64,000 bases of DNA from assembly GCA_051362555.1 (NCBI GenBank), contig CM120643.1:6820001-6884000 (forward strand). The letters are read 5' to 3'. Positions 35,021 to 48,430 of the stretch are shown here, one piece after another (the stretch's first letter is position 1; each line of letters starts with the position of its first letter). Made by a program: the position numbers and the translations under genes. A model generated the notes under the pieces. The model worked only from the letters and a program-made list of their open reading frames with translations. It searched no databases and had not been told where the DNA came from. The stretch is from Lingula anatina (lineage: Eukaryota; Animalia; Brachiopoda).

Positions 35021-37546
35021 GGTGGTTCATGATGCGAGCTTTAAGGGCGTAAGACAGCTTTTTTCTATCGTTTTCATTTTTAATTACTGTTATTTCTATT
35101 ACAGTACATAGCTATGCAGTGCGCTTTAAGCTTGTACTTTTTATTACAGATACAAGCAAGGCAAGCAAAAAGTCTCTGGCAGTGAATTGTGAACTGTTGC
35201 TGCTACCACTCCTACATAAAGTAGATATTGCAAACATACATCGGCACGTGAATCAATAAGATATCAGACAACTTTCATGGAAAATAAACTGAAATTAAAG
35301 CTGGTTATTCTTTTATCTATTATCATTTCGAATTTACGTTAAATCTCGGCACGTTCGTCTTCATCACCATCATACTTCCGTCGCAGTCCGAATAAGTTCA
35401 AACAGTGCACATCAAAACCATAAATAGGAGTCCTTAGGTAGGAAACCACGCGCTAGAGAACGGGTTTAATTAAGGCATTCTTGTTGGCGGTATTGTCACT
35501 AATTTATAGAATCATGAACAAATTTGGATGACTCTATCTATAACAAAGTAATTATTACCTAAAAATAAAAAATTACTTTTCAGTATAATACAAGAAAAAT
35601 TAATGAAAAGAACAAAGGCAAAATAATTTTAAATTAAAAATGGAACCTGAACAACAAATACAGCTTCAAGCAAATGAAAATAAAAATAGAATATACACAC
35701 CCTTGACTTACGAGTTAAGCTACAATTAAATTTTAAAATAATGTAGGTACCTTGTCAATGTATGGCAGGACTACGTGACAACGACATACACCCTCCCCTA
35801 CACATACACCAAACACGCGCGCGCGCGCACACACACACGCACAGGCTCATCGTCGAAGAGAGGGAGAGCCAAATTCAATCATTGAAGTTGTACATCGGTT
35901 CACTATTTGTCCTAAGTAAATCATCATAAAATAAACGAATCAGATCAAAATTACAATAAAGCGCGGAATGTGCAGACCAGCATAATCAACAACTGTGGGT
36001 TTGGATACAAAACTGCTCTTCCCCGTTGCCAACGCTCTCAATTCAGTTCTATCTTTTAAAATAAAATGTTGTATTGTATATAAAAAAAAACATGTATAAA
36101 ACAACATACTTCGGTCAATAATCTAGCAGTGTGTAATACTGTGCATGAACCCAAATATGTTGTAGATGTAGCATTATCAAAATAGAAATACCATATCTTC
36201 TTGAACATGAAAAGTCACATTAGAATTCTCCCCCCCCCCCCATCCCACCAATACGCCTCATTTCTATTGATACTATACAAACTCACAAACTCAGCGTGTG
36301 TAGGGTTGTGAAAACTAAAGTAGATCAAAAGTTCACGGATAGGATATGCCATGTAAGAATTCATAGGGGAGATAGGTAATCTCCTTTTGTTCTTTTTTTT
36401 TTAACCTGTCAATTTTGAGAAGAAATACAGTGAATCGGTGTCTCTCATTGCACTTAGTCAATATAAATTCAAATATGTAAAAAACATCTTTCCTTTATCA
36501 CGTAATTCGTCAGATGTAATAAAATACAGCATTTCCCTAGAAAACCTTTACCCCCTCTTGAGAATGCAATGAGCCGTCTGCAGAGCTCAGCGTCTGCTAC
36601 CACGCTGGATGCTTCGCGGTTCCCGGGAGCTGAACAGTTAACGCGGTCTGAAAAATTTTAGGGAGAGTCAGATGAAAAAGAGATGGACCTTGGTATCTAT
36701 GAAATTCTACATGATGGAGCTGGAAATTTGGGTTAGTTTTACTATTTTCTGTAAAAGTTTGTAAAGTACTCTGTCTTTCGGTAACTTTATGCAACAAAAT
36801 ATTTGGCTGGCATCTTAATACATTTATCCTTCTGTCTCCCCCTAAAACGGTCCACGCTAAAAAAAAAAAAAAAATCAATAATCGTATGGCAATTTAATAC
36901 AGGCAATTGACCTACTTTTATACCCATGCAGCTATCAACGAGTTTTATGGCTGTGGAGTGAAATCGTGATACACGTCTGTGATATAAAAGTTATTTCAAA
37001 TTACATTATTTATAAACAGTGCGTGTGGATCAAAAGTGTCCCGATTTGTGACCAAAAGAGGACAGTACTTTTTGAAAAATAATGAAAAAATTGGAGACAA
37101 GCCAAAATCAGAAAAAATGCATTTTTTCTTTAATATGCAAATTAGGTCCCCTGAAGTAATATATGACTGGCCGGAAATGATGTTCATATCAGACATTTGT
37201 AATGATGATGATCTTGATGGCCTTGATGATTTTAATGGTGATTCAGAGTTGCGATGCATACGGATTTTGGGTGAAAACGAACGCCCTAGATATAAGTTAT
37301 TATTATGAAATATAGGTGAAAAAACTGCGTGTCTAAGGTTTCCAAGAGTGTAAACGGATATCGACAATCCATTAAAATTTTGACTGCATTTCTATTAAGG
37401 CCTATTTGTGTCTGACAATTGTCAATTTTATTGGGATATTTTCTCTCTTTTTTATCTCTCTTTCTCCCTCTTTCTCTTTTTTTACTTTTTTAGAAGCGAA
37501 AATTAAGGTGAAAACCGAGAGAAAACGTAATAACTGTAACGCCCCC

Positions 37547-37765
37547 TTCCACCCAACCACCCACTATCGCCACATTAGGTGAAATGAGCGCTGAAAAATA
37601 ACGTGGAAAACGCAGGAGGTGGGTTGCCAAAATACGAATTTCTACCCGTTGACGCCATGACGCACTTACTTGTGTGCGCTATTCAAAGTTTAAGTCCTTG
37701 AGAGAACGGCAGCCAAGATTAGTATTAGAATTCATTTTTATTTTACATGGATTTTATGCCTTTTA
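37547..37765 (+). repeat. ~220-bp direct repeat, copy 1 (copy 2 at 39389-39625)
   Basis: TTCCACCCAACCAC...GTTGCCAAAATACGAATTTCTACCC...AAGTCCTTGAGAGAACG occurs in both copies. Confidence 0.85.
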
Positions 37766-38680
37766 CGGGCATTTTCTAAACAGTCCGTCGTCTGCTGACA
37801 GTTTCCGCCTTCGAGCTTAGCTTTGATTTTTTTTTACAGGATGGTTGTCTGAAAAAGAAATGAAATATGCCCATATCACTTGTATGTGCACCTTTTTTTA
37901 CAAATCCATGTCCAGGGTGACAAATTGATTATTCATAAGATATTCACAGATATGTCTTTAGATAAATAGACAGTCATCTGATTCTCTGACTTTTTGAAAA
38001 TTTGCCTATAATATCTCCCACGCTGGCCTACATCAGTAACAAATATCCGTATTAGAGGGTGATCAAAGAAAAAAAAAACCGGACCCATAAAAATTTCATT
38101 TTAATTTTAAAATCCTACAAATATGTATCAAATCTCAAGAAATTTGCTTGACTTTAACTACAATATGTGCATGATCATCCCCCAAAGTTTCAGTTTTCTT
38201 GGTCACTTTGGATAAAAGTTATGTTTTTTTTTAAATATGCGCCAAATGGCTTCCGAGGCATTGGATGCTCATCATTTGCATGCGTCGTGAAAAAAATGTA
38301 AATTTCTCAAGCACATTCCTCCTTCGGCATTTCCCTGATTTTTTTTATTATTGAGTCTAAAATCCAACTTTGTTCAGTACACTTTATAATAAAGATAAGA
38401 CACTGTCACGCCTGGCCATGCGTATATGTTACAGCTCTACTCTGGTCCTTATACATCCCCAGTGTAGAAATGTTTATGTACGTTCGCATCCATGTACTCA
38501 GTGGGAGATCAAATGCACTGAACATGTTCAAAACAATGTCATGCGCTGCTTATATCTTCATTTTAATACGCTGGAATCGAGTGTTGGGAGATCGAATATA
38601 GCAATAATAACGTTGTAGGGATAGGAAAATATTGATAGACCTTTAACTAAGGAAGGGGGATCGTGATACAAGTTGCTGTT

Positions 38681-38822
38681 AGCCCCCGTAGAGGCGTTCA
38701 AAAATTGTGCTACCGTCGGTATTTCACGACGTCAGCACGGGGTATTGGGTATAGTTTTCAACTAGCAATAACCACGCCTCGGATAAACCTCATTGGCTAT
38801 GGTACCGCCACTGCGCAAAGCT
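38681..38822 (-). ncRNA. U4: U4 spliceosomal snRNA
   Basis: Minus strand reads AGCTTTGCGCAGTGGCGGTACCATAGCCAATGAGGTTTATCCGAGGCGTGGTTATTGCTAGTTGAAAACTATACCCAATACCCCG..., then Sm site AATTTTTG and 3' hairpin GCCTCTACGGGGGC. Confidence 0.96.
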
Positions 38823-38863
38823 GAATAAATTGGGCTTCATTTACCTATGTATAGAAAAGCAGG

Positions 38864-38883
38864 CTACCTTTCGCAATGGTGTT
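38864..38883 (-). promoter_or_regulatory. PSE-like snRNA promoter element
   Basis: ACACCATTGCGAAAGGTAG at about -60 to -42 from the U4 5' end, the expected position and form. Confidence 0.55.
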
Positions 38884-39388
38884 TCATGTCTACAAGGTAA
38901 CAGAAACAACGCGTATAATTTCACATTGTAATCAAACAAAGTAACGGTAATAAATATCTGACAGAAATCAATTTACTCTTAAAATTGATTTCAGACAAAA
39001 ATTCTTTTAAAACAAAAAATTAGGTAGCCTTCACCTCCATTAAGTGAATGTAATGTGACGTTTGCAGCACATCGCTCCCTGGCGCTCTTCTGACGCACTG
39101 CGTTGTATGGCGGTTGAAATCAACTACAGTGTGCTATAGAAAATGATCTGTATCTAATAATAGACTGTGTCAATAAATTTCTATTTTTTTAAATCAAGAG
39201 AATTCAATTGGAAATATAATTTTGCTTAACAGGATGTAGGTTAAATTTTTTGTCATTGTATAGGAAGTAAAATAGTATGAAAATTAACCTTATATGACGA
39301 AAAATGACTTCTGATCTCTAAGAAAAGCTAGAAATGAATGTGTGAAGACCGACTTGTGATCAGAACTCTTTTATAAGATTGTGCTCTT

Positions 39389-39625
39389 TTCCACCCAACC
39401 ACTTACTATTGCCACATTAGATGAAATGGCCACTGAAAAATAACCCGGAAAACGTAAGAGGTGAGTTGCCAAAATACGAATTTCTACCCCTTGACGCCAT
39501 AAAGCACTTACTTGTAAACGTTGTTTCAAATTAAAGTCCTTGAGAGAACGACAGCCAAGATATTTTAATTTTAAGGCAAAAATGAATTCATCTTTATTTT
39601 TATTTTACATGGCTTTTATGCATTT
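39389..39625 (+). repeat. ~220-bp direct repeat, copy 2
   Basis: Matches 37547-37765. Confidence 0.85.
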
Positions 39626-40056
39626 TAGCTAAATAGATTACGAGGAAAAAAGCTCCAGAACAGCATATTTGTATCTTATGATCTACTAGTGTATTCATTA
39701 TGGACAAAAACGATGCATAAATTCTCTTTTATTTTCTTATCTATGCTGAGTTTTAGTTTCTAATTTTTAAAAGCATTGCAATATGTGATACATGTATGCG
39801 GGTTCTCAGTTTACGAACTTTGATTGTGTCAGTTCCAAAAGACTGTTAACTAGAATGACAGGTGAGAGTTATCGTTTGAGTCTGGATTGAGGTCGTCTTC
39901 CGAAGAGCGGTACTTTTTACTGGACCAGTCCATTTCTTAAAAGAGACAATTCAATGGCTTGGAATGTACGCAAGAGAGTCACTTAAATTGTGAATAATGG
40001 CGTGCATCAGCCCAATGTTAAGTTTTGTTTCCATGTCTGTTTCAGATAACGTTTAG

Positions 40057-40324
40057 AAGTATATATATATTGATGCACCTTGAAAGATCTACATTATAGT
40101 TGTTAAATACAATCCGAGCTTTCGGCCCCTGGGCCTTCTTCGGGGATTATTGATATTTCGGCTCCTGGGCCTTCTTCGGGGATTATCGATAATCCCCGAA
40201 GAAGGCCTAGGGGCCGAAAGCTCGGATTGTATTTAACAACTATAATGTAGATCTTTCAAGGTGCATCAATATATATACTTCTATTTTTATCAAGATCTAT
40301 ACGGTGAATCAACATGAATCCTCA
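40057..40324. mobile_element. Penelope-like element remnant: inverted pseudo-LTR pieces with hammerhead-like motif and 13-bp TSD
   Basis: Near-perfect ~95-bp inverted arms; CCGAAGAAGGCCTAGGGGCCGAAAG; TSD AGATAACGTTTAG at 40044-40056 and 40325-40337. Confidence 0.82.
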
Positions 40325-43300
40325 AGATAACGTTTAGTTCACGATCCCAGCGACAGATAACCGCAGCTCTGGGATCATGCCCATGGATTCTGCCTTCAAC
40401 TTGTCCCAAACCACAGACTAATAGGACTCGGCAGCTCACCACGCTGTGTATCTACCAAGAAGATCACTGTCGAAACACACGGAATGCTTCATTTGCACGT
40501 ACGCTGTACTTTTCCTTGACATCTGACCAAAACGGACAGGATCTAAAGAGAAAATCTGGTTCCTGTGAAGGAGTACAGCATTGATGTGAGGGTGTCTGGA
40601 GACAGTGACATTCCATACTGACTGCAAAAACCTGTATGCATAAAGATTAAAATTTTGAATAAAATACGTGCTCTATCAGGAAGCTAGTGCAACTGTTTTA
40701 AAATAGGTGTGATATGAGTCTCACTGGGTTAAAATACGCGCTGAATTCTTTTGAAATTGCTGCAGTAATTTTTTTCTTTCTTAGAGTAAAGAGTTGCAGT
40801 AGTCTAACTATATTATTATCTTTTATTGCGCTAATATCATTATGCGTATTTCATATTAGAGATATTGGAAAAATGTTTTTTCAAACTTTGGCCTTAATAA
40901 CGTATCGAACCCCCCAAACAAGGGTGACAGCGGTACGTAAACAGCTCTCATAGTTTGAAGATAACCTATATCTTTACTGTTTTGTCTATTACTTTATTTT
41001 TGATAAATCGTTCATCGTAGAGAATCAAATCACCATTTGATTAGAGCATTTGCTAACAAAAGAGAACGCGCGCATGCGTGCGCGCACACATACGGATTCA
41101 TGAGAGAATAAAGATGAGGAAATCACATGCATCAAAATTAATTTTATTGTGCAGATAAAAATATTAAAGCATTGTACATTCACAAATAATTCACTGGTTA
41201 TTTTATGTCCGTAAAATTACAAATCCAAAACAAGGTGCCAATTTTCCGATTGCAGCATTTCTGTTTACCTCCAAACGGCTCAATCGCATGGTCTGCTGGT
41301 CACAACAAAAACTGCTCAGATATTAAAATCAGTTTGCAATATTATGTAATATCAAGAAAGCCGACGACCTACATAATGTCGCTTCAATTTGGGGTGGATA
41401 AGGATCTAAGGTTAATTTTCTTCTGGTGTGTTTTGAAATGTGCTGAACACAAATTCGTCCTGTGTATTTTTAATGTTGTAAATTACAAATGAAGTTCCTT
41501 CCGTAAAATATTGGTGAGAGTTGAAAAGGAAAGGCGGTCACTTCAGCCAGCCACTTCCCCCTACCATGAATGTAATGGGATGGACAGCCTGGAAGGAGAC
41601 GTCACTGCCTCAGTGCTGAGTGACCAGGAAGTGGAGCGAAGGCGGCTTAGATATTAAGTATACGAATATCGTAATTTCAGCCATATCAATATAACGTTTT
41701 AAGAAACCAATGTTAGGTATTTGGTGATAAGTTAATTGTGATTTATTTTTGAAAAGTATTTTGACGCTCGTTTGCTTAAAAGTGGTTTTGAACATTTCCC
41801 AACATTTTCCCCACGTACTATTTATTTCATCCTTCACGTCATCTCATCACGTCTCATAAAACAAAGGAAGATGCAGTTGCAATACATGTTCAGTATTTTG
41901 AACTTCGTCGGTAGAAATAGTAATGGCTGTGGAAGTTTACCGTGAGAAATGGCCAAGGAGGGGAAAATGCTGTGAAATGTCTTGTGAGAGTCTGGCTATT
42001 GGCATGTTTATATTTAGTGAGCGGTTGGTAGTGGAATTATAGATATATTACATAGGTATAGTAATAAACGTCCGTTTCGGAAGTAAAGAGCATAATTCAA
42101 GTATTAAGGGTGTATATTAATATACCTCTATTTCGAATATTTGCAAGATTTGACAAATTAATATTTAATATTTCATTTCATTTCATTAAAATGTGTGAGC
42201 TAAATTGAAGTTATATTGATTTCTGCGTGACATATTATAAGATCAACCTCTCAAGACATAGGGGGCGAACTGATAGCCCGAAATGCTGTTTGAAACGGAT
42301 TTGAAAAAGCTCTGTCCAAAGGTGTCTTTTACGTGTTTTTTTTTTTTTTTTTTCAATATAACATCAGGAATTTGAGGTTTTTGCAAATTAAATGTAACAT
42401 ATTTAAACGTAATGATATATCAGAATGCATGGCCATCAGTTAGAAAACTTGCTCTATTGTATTGAAGTATGTTCTATACTCCCGTAGTTTCAAGTTTGTC
42501 ACACGCAACATTTGTGAAATGGTACAATGTACTATATTTGTGGTATTCTTCAGCAAGACAGCAAGGGGTGACTTTCTAGTTCAGATGCGAATTAAGTACG
42601 CAAAAATATACAGATTTTATGTTGCTTTAAAGCCAAATATTTTTCTATAATATTCAACAATTTCACCTAAATCACCAAGGAACACATTATCAAAACCGTT
42701 GATAAATTCGTCAAAGCCCGCTGTCGAATTCTTAATTTAATTTCTGTTTTACTGGCGTGACTATATTCTTCAGCCTCATTCTCCAAATGGATTGAAATCT
42801 AGAATGACGCTCATTGTGTGTCTTTCTTTTAAAGTTCAGATGAGAAAAAAGGCATGTCGTCTCTTAAAATTTGAACATTTGCTGTCTTGTTGAGTAAGAG
42901 ATGTAATTTTACGAACCAAGATCGGTTATTTTGTTTTTCTTGTGAAGTATGTAGAATTTACAAATTTCAATTTCCATTTGCAAAAATTCCCTTCTTGAAA
43001 AGCTGATTTTGTTCATGTAAGTACCATTCATAGGAGCGAAATAAAACTTCTTTCGCTTTTTAGTATTTTTATCTGAATGTAGTTCTTACAATATAAGATA
43101 TGACATGATTTATTCTGAAATATAAAATTTTGCAATTAATCTGTTGAACAAATACAGGTCCTGGGTAAAGATGATGGGACCATTTATGTAAATGAAAATT
43201 GGTTTATTGTTTTAAATTTAACTGTTTTCGGCAATTCTCGCTTACCAGCATCTTTCATTCAATAGACCAGATGATGCAGAAATAAGGGATATTATATCGT

Positions 43301-43364
43301 ATTAAGAACATTTTATGTTCAGAAGGTTGCAAAACATTTATTACAAATCTTTTCAAATTGACAA

Positions 43365-43515
43365 TGGATGTAGGAAATATGAGAAATACCGTGATCTGCC
43401 CATTGGATTTTAACCCAGATTTCATGTAAATGTAGTTTATTTTCTAATTGAAAATGGGTGTAGGAATTATAAGAAATATCGTGACCTAATCCTTGGATTT
43501 TAACCCAGATTTCAT
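43365..43515 (+). repeat. Local ~90-bp tandem duplication
   Basis: TGTAGGAA..AT.AGAAATA.CGTGA...TTGGATTTTAACCCAGATTTCAT occurs twice. Confidence 0.75.
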
Positions 43516-43679
43516 AAGTGAACGTGTAGTTTGTTTTCTAAATAGTTTTTGTAAACTATTTTTTTCAATTTCATATTCTTTTTATAATCTAATGTTCATT
43601 ACTATTTCAATTTTGTCAAAAGCTGGGTAAACGCTGTATTTGTTTTTTTACGTATTTTGACACTTTTTTTTTGGCTTAA

Positions 43680-43884
43680 TCCCCCTCTACACTGGACGGC
43701 GTCCTTTCTGCGTCCTGTGGTACGGCCCCGTTCGAGAGTAAAAAAAAACAACTTTTAGTGCCGACATCTGGCCGATCATTGAGCATTCATTCTGCAACCA
43801 AAGCGATGCTTGTTCCTCCTTTCTATGTCAGTTTCATGGTCGCTCAAAGGTCGCAGAAAGGACGCCGTCCAATGTAAAGGGGTT
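43680..43884. mobile_element. piggyBac-like MITE
   Basis: TIR CCCCTCTACACTGGACGGCGTCCTTTCTGCG / CGCAGAAAGGACGCCGTCCAATGTAAAGGGG, with TTAA on both flanks. Confidence 0.72.
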
Positions 43885-43962
43885 TTAACAACGAAAGTGT
43901 GTCCGTTTTGTCTTTTGTCTTTAATAAAAATCTCATAATTGTCATTGTTATATAGAGAAAAA

Positions 43963-44097
43963 CAATGGCGGATCCAGGATATTTTAAAGGGGAAAGATGT
44001 TGACATATGAGCGAGATGGAGTATTTTGAGAACTTGATCATGTGAGTCCAGAATGGGTCTCTCTCCTCGGGGAGGACGGAGACTAGATCCACTATTG
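43963..44097. mobile_element. Small MITE with GGCGGATCCAG-type ends
   Basis: CAATGGCGGATCCAG ... CTAGATCCACTATTG. Confidence 0.45.
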
Positions 44098-44451
44098 TTT
44101 TTTTTTTTTTATTGAAGAAGTTGAAATATTTTGTTTTTGTCATTAAGAACAAACATAAGACCATTAGTGTGGTAAATAGTTTATTTGTCAAGTCGAATAT
44201 ATGAGAATGTTATATTTTTTACACCTGCAAGTGAATTTAAATGCAGGCATCATAATATTATACTATAATATCATAATATCATAATATTCTTTTAAATACT
44301 AGAACGCTTTTTAACTTGTAGTAATAAAAAGACTGAAGACGATGATATTTTACAGATATATGCTTTATAAATATTTGAATACATAAAAGCAATTTGTATT
44401 GCTCTTAATAAAACACTTATTGAATATACAAAATGTCTTAGTGTTTTTACT

Positions 44452-44830
44452 GATGGCTACATGGCTCAGTGAAAGCCTGGGGTTGGGGTTCGATTTCTGG
44501 CTCGGGCACAAAGGGGTGCTATTAGAAATTTTATTTGCTTACTATAAGAAGAAAGTCTACACAGGGAGGGTGGGTGGGAACACTTAGAGGAGTAGGTAAC
44601 GCGCTTGCCTCTGAGACGGAAGGTCCCCAGTTCGATTCCTGGCGCTTCTAGGTCCCAGCAAATTACCTTTTGCAAAAATAAACCCAAACAAACAATTCAA
44701 ACTACTATAAGAGGATCATACGAATGAGGAAAATCGCGAACTGAGACAGTGGCTCAGTAGGTAAGGCGACAGACTAAGAAGTAGAAAAGGGTGAGCAAGG
44801 AGTTGAAAACCTAAGGTTCAAGTCGAGCTG
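44452..44830 (+). repeat. tRNA-like trio, copy 2
   Basis: Paralog of 154-545. Confidence 0.6.
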
Positions 44831-47800
44831 AAGAAAAGAAAGTCAAGAATGAATATGTGACATTTTGCACATCATCTCTTATACTTTTATGTACATTTAT
44901 AATAACAAATACAAACAACTACACCATACAGATGTATACAAAATCCTAACAGTACGTTTTGGCTCTACATAAAAAGTAATTTTCATAACGACTGCGCAAT
45001 TTGAGATATAAATTAATCTTAAATACAACTATCTACAACTAAATGTGTGGGAGATTATATGCATTTTGAAAAGTGTCGCTCAAGATCAATCGTTTTGGTT
45101 TTAATAAAGAACATGAAATCTCCCTTTTTTATATTTTTGTCCAAAGTTAAAAGAGAAAGTTGAAGATTCGAAGTGAAGTATTTTACAGCAATCGTTCAAA
45201 GTTGACATTGAAGTATTTGTCTTATGAGTGAGCCAAAATTTCACCAAGGGACATTTTTATCCAAAATTTCAGCAAGGGGGTGGTAACAGTATGGAAAATT
45301 CAAAATGCATACTATTCATATAAGCGTTACCCTGCACGCGGGTACACACTCATGACCCCACAACTTACTCTATGTCACCATGCTGATGATAACACACAAC
45401 ACCAAACAGAAGTCAAACATTATTCAATTTTGTTCATATGATGATTGCTTTTCTTATAGTTAAATGAATCTGTACCTCATATTTTGTGTCATTTTTTCTT
45501 CTCTTTAAATCTTAAAATAGGATTTAGGTGGCACAATTTTGAGTGAACATAAATTTACGCGCCGTGCGAATCAAGAACAGCATGAAGACATGGTCAGTTT
45601 ACAACCTTATCCCAGTCATAGTCATTTTAAGAACAATATGTAAACAAATTTGAAAAGGTTACGCAAAAACAAGTTTACTTAAAATAACTCAGAAAATGCT
45701 AATAAACTCTACAGTCACTGGTGTTCAGTGGTCAAGAAACACTCGGTAAAATAACCCAACAGCACGTGCAGGACTGGCACCTAATCAGGCCTTTTGTTCT
45801 CATCACCCCTTGATCCCAGCCGAAAACTAAAATTAAAAAAGTACCAAGTACCGAGATAAACGAATTTGATAAGGATTTTTCAAAATTCCAAGGTGTAAAA
45901 GGATGCGATAAATGCCATTCCTACATATACATTTAAAATGACAAAAGATGCCATAAGTAAACACTTTTTGCAATTTACTGTTTCCCTTTGTGAACAATTA
46001 ACATTTTCGCTTTGTAAGGAAGGCAAAAAGTCAAATTTCCTTCTTTAATTAAAAAAAGCACATTATTTTCGAAAAAAATTACCCCAACCCCTGGTTTGAT
46101 TGTCTGAAAATAAAAACATTTCTACCCCCTCCCAACAATAAAACTATGAGTCTATCACTAATCAGACATACTACTAGTATATCAAAACACCGGGAACCAA
46201 AGGAAGTTTATTCTTACCATGTGTCATAACTGCATATTCACAATTTTAGAAACACCCGTTTTAATACATGTGGGCAATTCTGCAATAACTTGAGCACATT
46301 TTACAATTTTATACTGCCGTTAATTCTTAAGTGTCATAATTTGGATTACGTTTATTGTAGATTTATATCTCGGTCATTTCTTCCAATAAAAGATTCCCGT
46401 AAAAGATTCTTCCAATGAAATATTCCTGCATACATTTTACGCACGAGTCGCTACGTATTTTTTTTCTAAAGTTAACTTCATTAAAATCAATATTTGTATC
46501 CATATCCAATTTAATATGAATTTTCAAGCGCACAATAAAGCGTCTTATTACATATTTGCCCACACATACAATTTTACAATCAAACATTGAACCGGTCGTA
46601 CTAGCACAGCGCTCTACCTGCACATCACTTAATGATAAATTTAAAACCATTTATTTTATTGTCATAGATCACTTAAGCAAGACACTTTTTTGTTTTAGGA
46701 TAACTTAAAAAGTGTCGTTTCAGGTTCAAGAACTGGTGGGTATGAACAAAAAATTTAAATTGTGATAAAAACATCGTGTGCGGATAGAGTGCTGTACTAC
46801 AACTTATTTACATATGTATAATAATATACCAGCGACGTGCAGGGTTGACGCTTGGATTTGGTCCATTTTATCAGAAGTTCCATGAATAAAACAATCGTTA
46901 CAAGCTGCATTTCATTTGATACATGTTTTGATGTAGAATATTACAACCCAAAGCAAACATTACATTTCAAACCAAAGCAAATGTCAACCCTGCAAGTTGA
47001 CTATACGGCAGACTTCGACACGCAAGACAACGTTGACATGGGTGCGGGCGCTGGCGAACACGAATCTGATGTCTTTTCTGGGAGTGCGTCCAATCTCATC
47101 GCAGACGGTTGTTACGAGGCACTGAAATTAAATGAAAAATGAAATAAATTAAACTAAATTCATAATAATATCTAAGGAATTGACAAAGTGAAATACATAA
47201 TATTAATAATAATCTTGATTGGTTTTTTACTTTCTTAGTTATACGTTATTCTGCGTATTTTGTGGGTAGTATGATACAAATCAAGATTTCATTGTTACAT
47301 GTGCTTATTATAACTTCTTCGGATAAATTTTACCAATTACTTCATACCAATGCATCCATAATTATATAAATTCGTAATGCTGGCACTTAAGCTCAACTTT
47401 TAAAAATCAAATACTTTATTTTATTTCAGATAATAATATCAAGGACGGTATGTAATTGAAATTGAAATCGGGGAAAAAATTGAAGTCAAGGGAGGTCGAC
47501 AGTGCCTAGCAAATATACGTTTGCTTTCCTGGTCGCGGCTAGTTCTCTATAAAAAAATGTTTATTGACAGTTAACTTAAATAAACAGGATATATGTGTAC
47601 AAGCCGCTGTCATAAAAAAGGCACCCATTGGGAGCTGAGAATGTACCGGCAGCTACCTGCTTTGTCGTCTTGCTTTGTTTAAGACGGAATAACGCGTTCA
47701 GACCTTTGGACAGCTGGAATAATCTTCTCACTTCTTTATGAGTAAATACTTTCCTTCTGGAAAATGCAATATAAAAAGTTATTTAACTTTCCAAGCTCAT

Positions 47801-48430
47801 TTCAGCATTCATGCCAATGAATTTTATCCAAGAGCCATTACGTCTGAAGTGGGAAATGCATACTTTTGGATAAAATATCGTCAACATAAACCGATCAGTG
47901 TTGTCTTATATCATCTATACAGTACTTACAACAAACTACATCAGTTCTCAGTGCCAAAATTTCAGTCTACGTGTGGAAATTGTGGCAATGTGGCACGTGA
48001 AGCTTCTTCCTCTTCCTTCTGACCTTGGTCCTTTCTGAATACCTCTCACCAAAATGCTCACCTGGTTTACATAATAATAGCACTGACTGTGGGATTGTGT
48101 TAGAGAAGACACGATGCGGCTTAACGCAATCTAAACGTTATCATCAGGTTATTGCACAAACAAACCATTTTGTTTTGTCCATCTATAGACCTTCATCCCA
48201 AATAAATGATGTTATTATTATTAACGCATCCCAATTAAAACATGATGTCGCCTATTGTTCTAGCACTGTAAATATTTAACACTCGAGTTGTGGCGACTTA
48301 GGTTGGTACTAAAAATTGTACATGTATATCTAACATTTTAATCTTTATGGAGCAGTACATATGAACCCACATGTGCTTCTTAGAAAAAATAAATCACATA
48401 AGAATCAGTTTACTGAGTTACGCATCATTC

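Noticed and set aside
36530-36740. GC-rich patch as a structured ncRNA or exon
   Set aside because: No match to snRNA, snoRNA, 7SK or SRP motifs I know, and no recognisable peptide.
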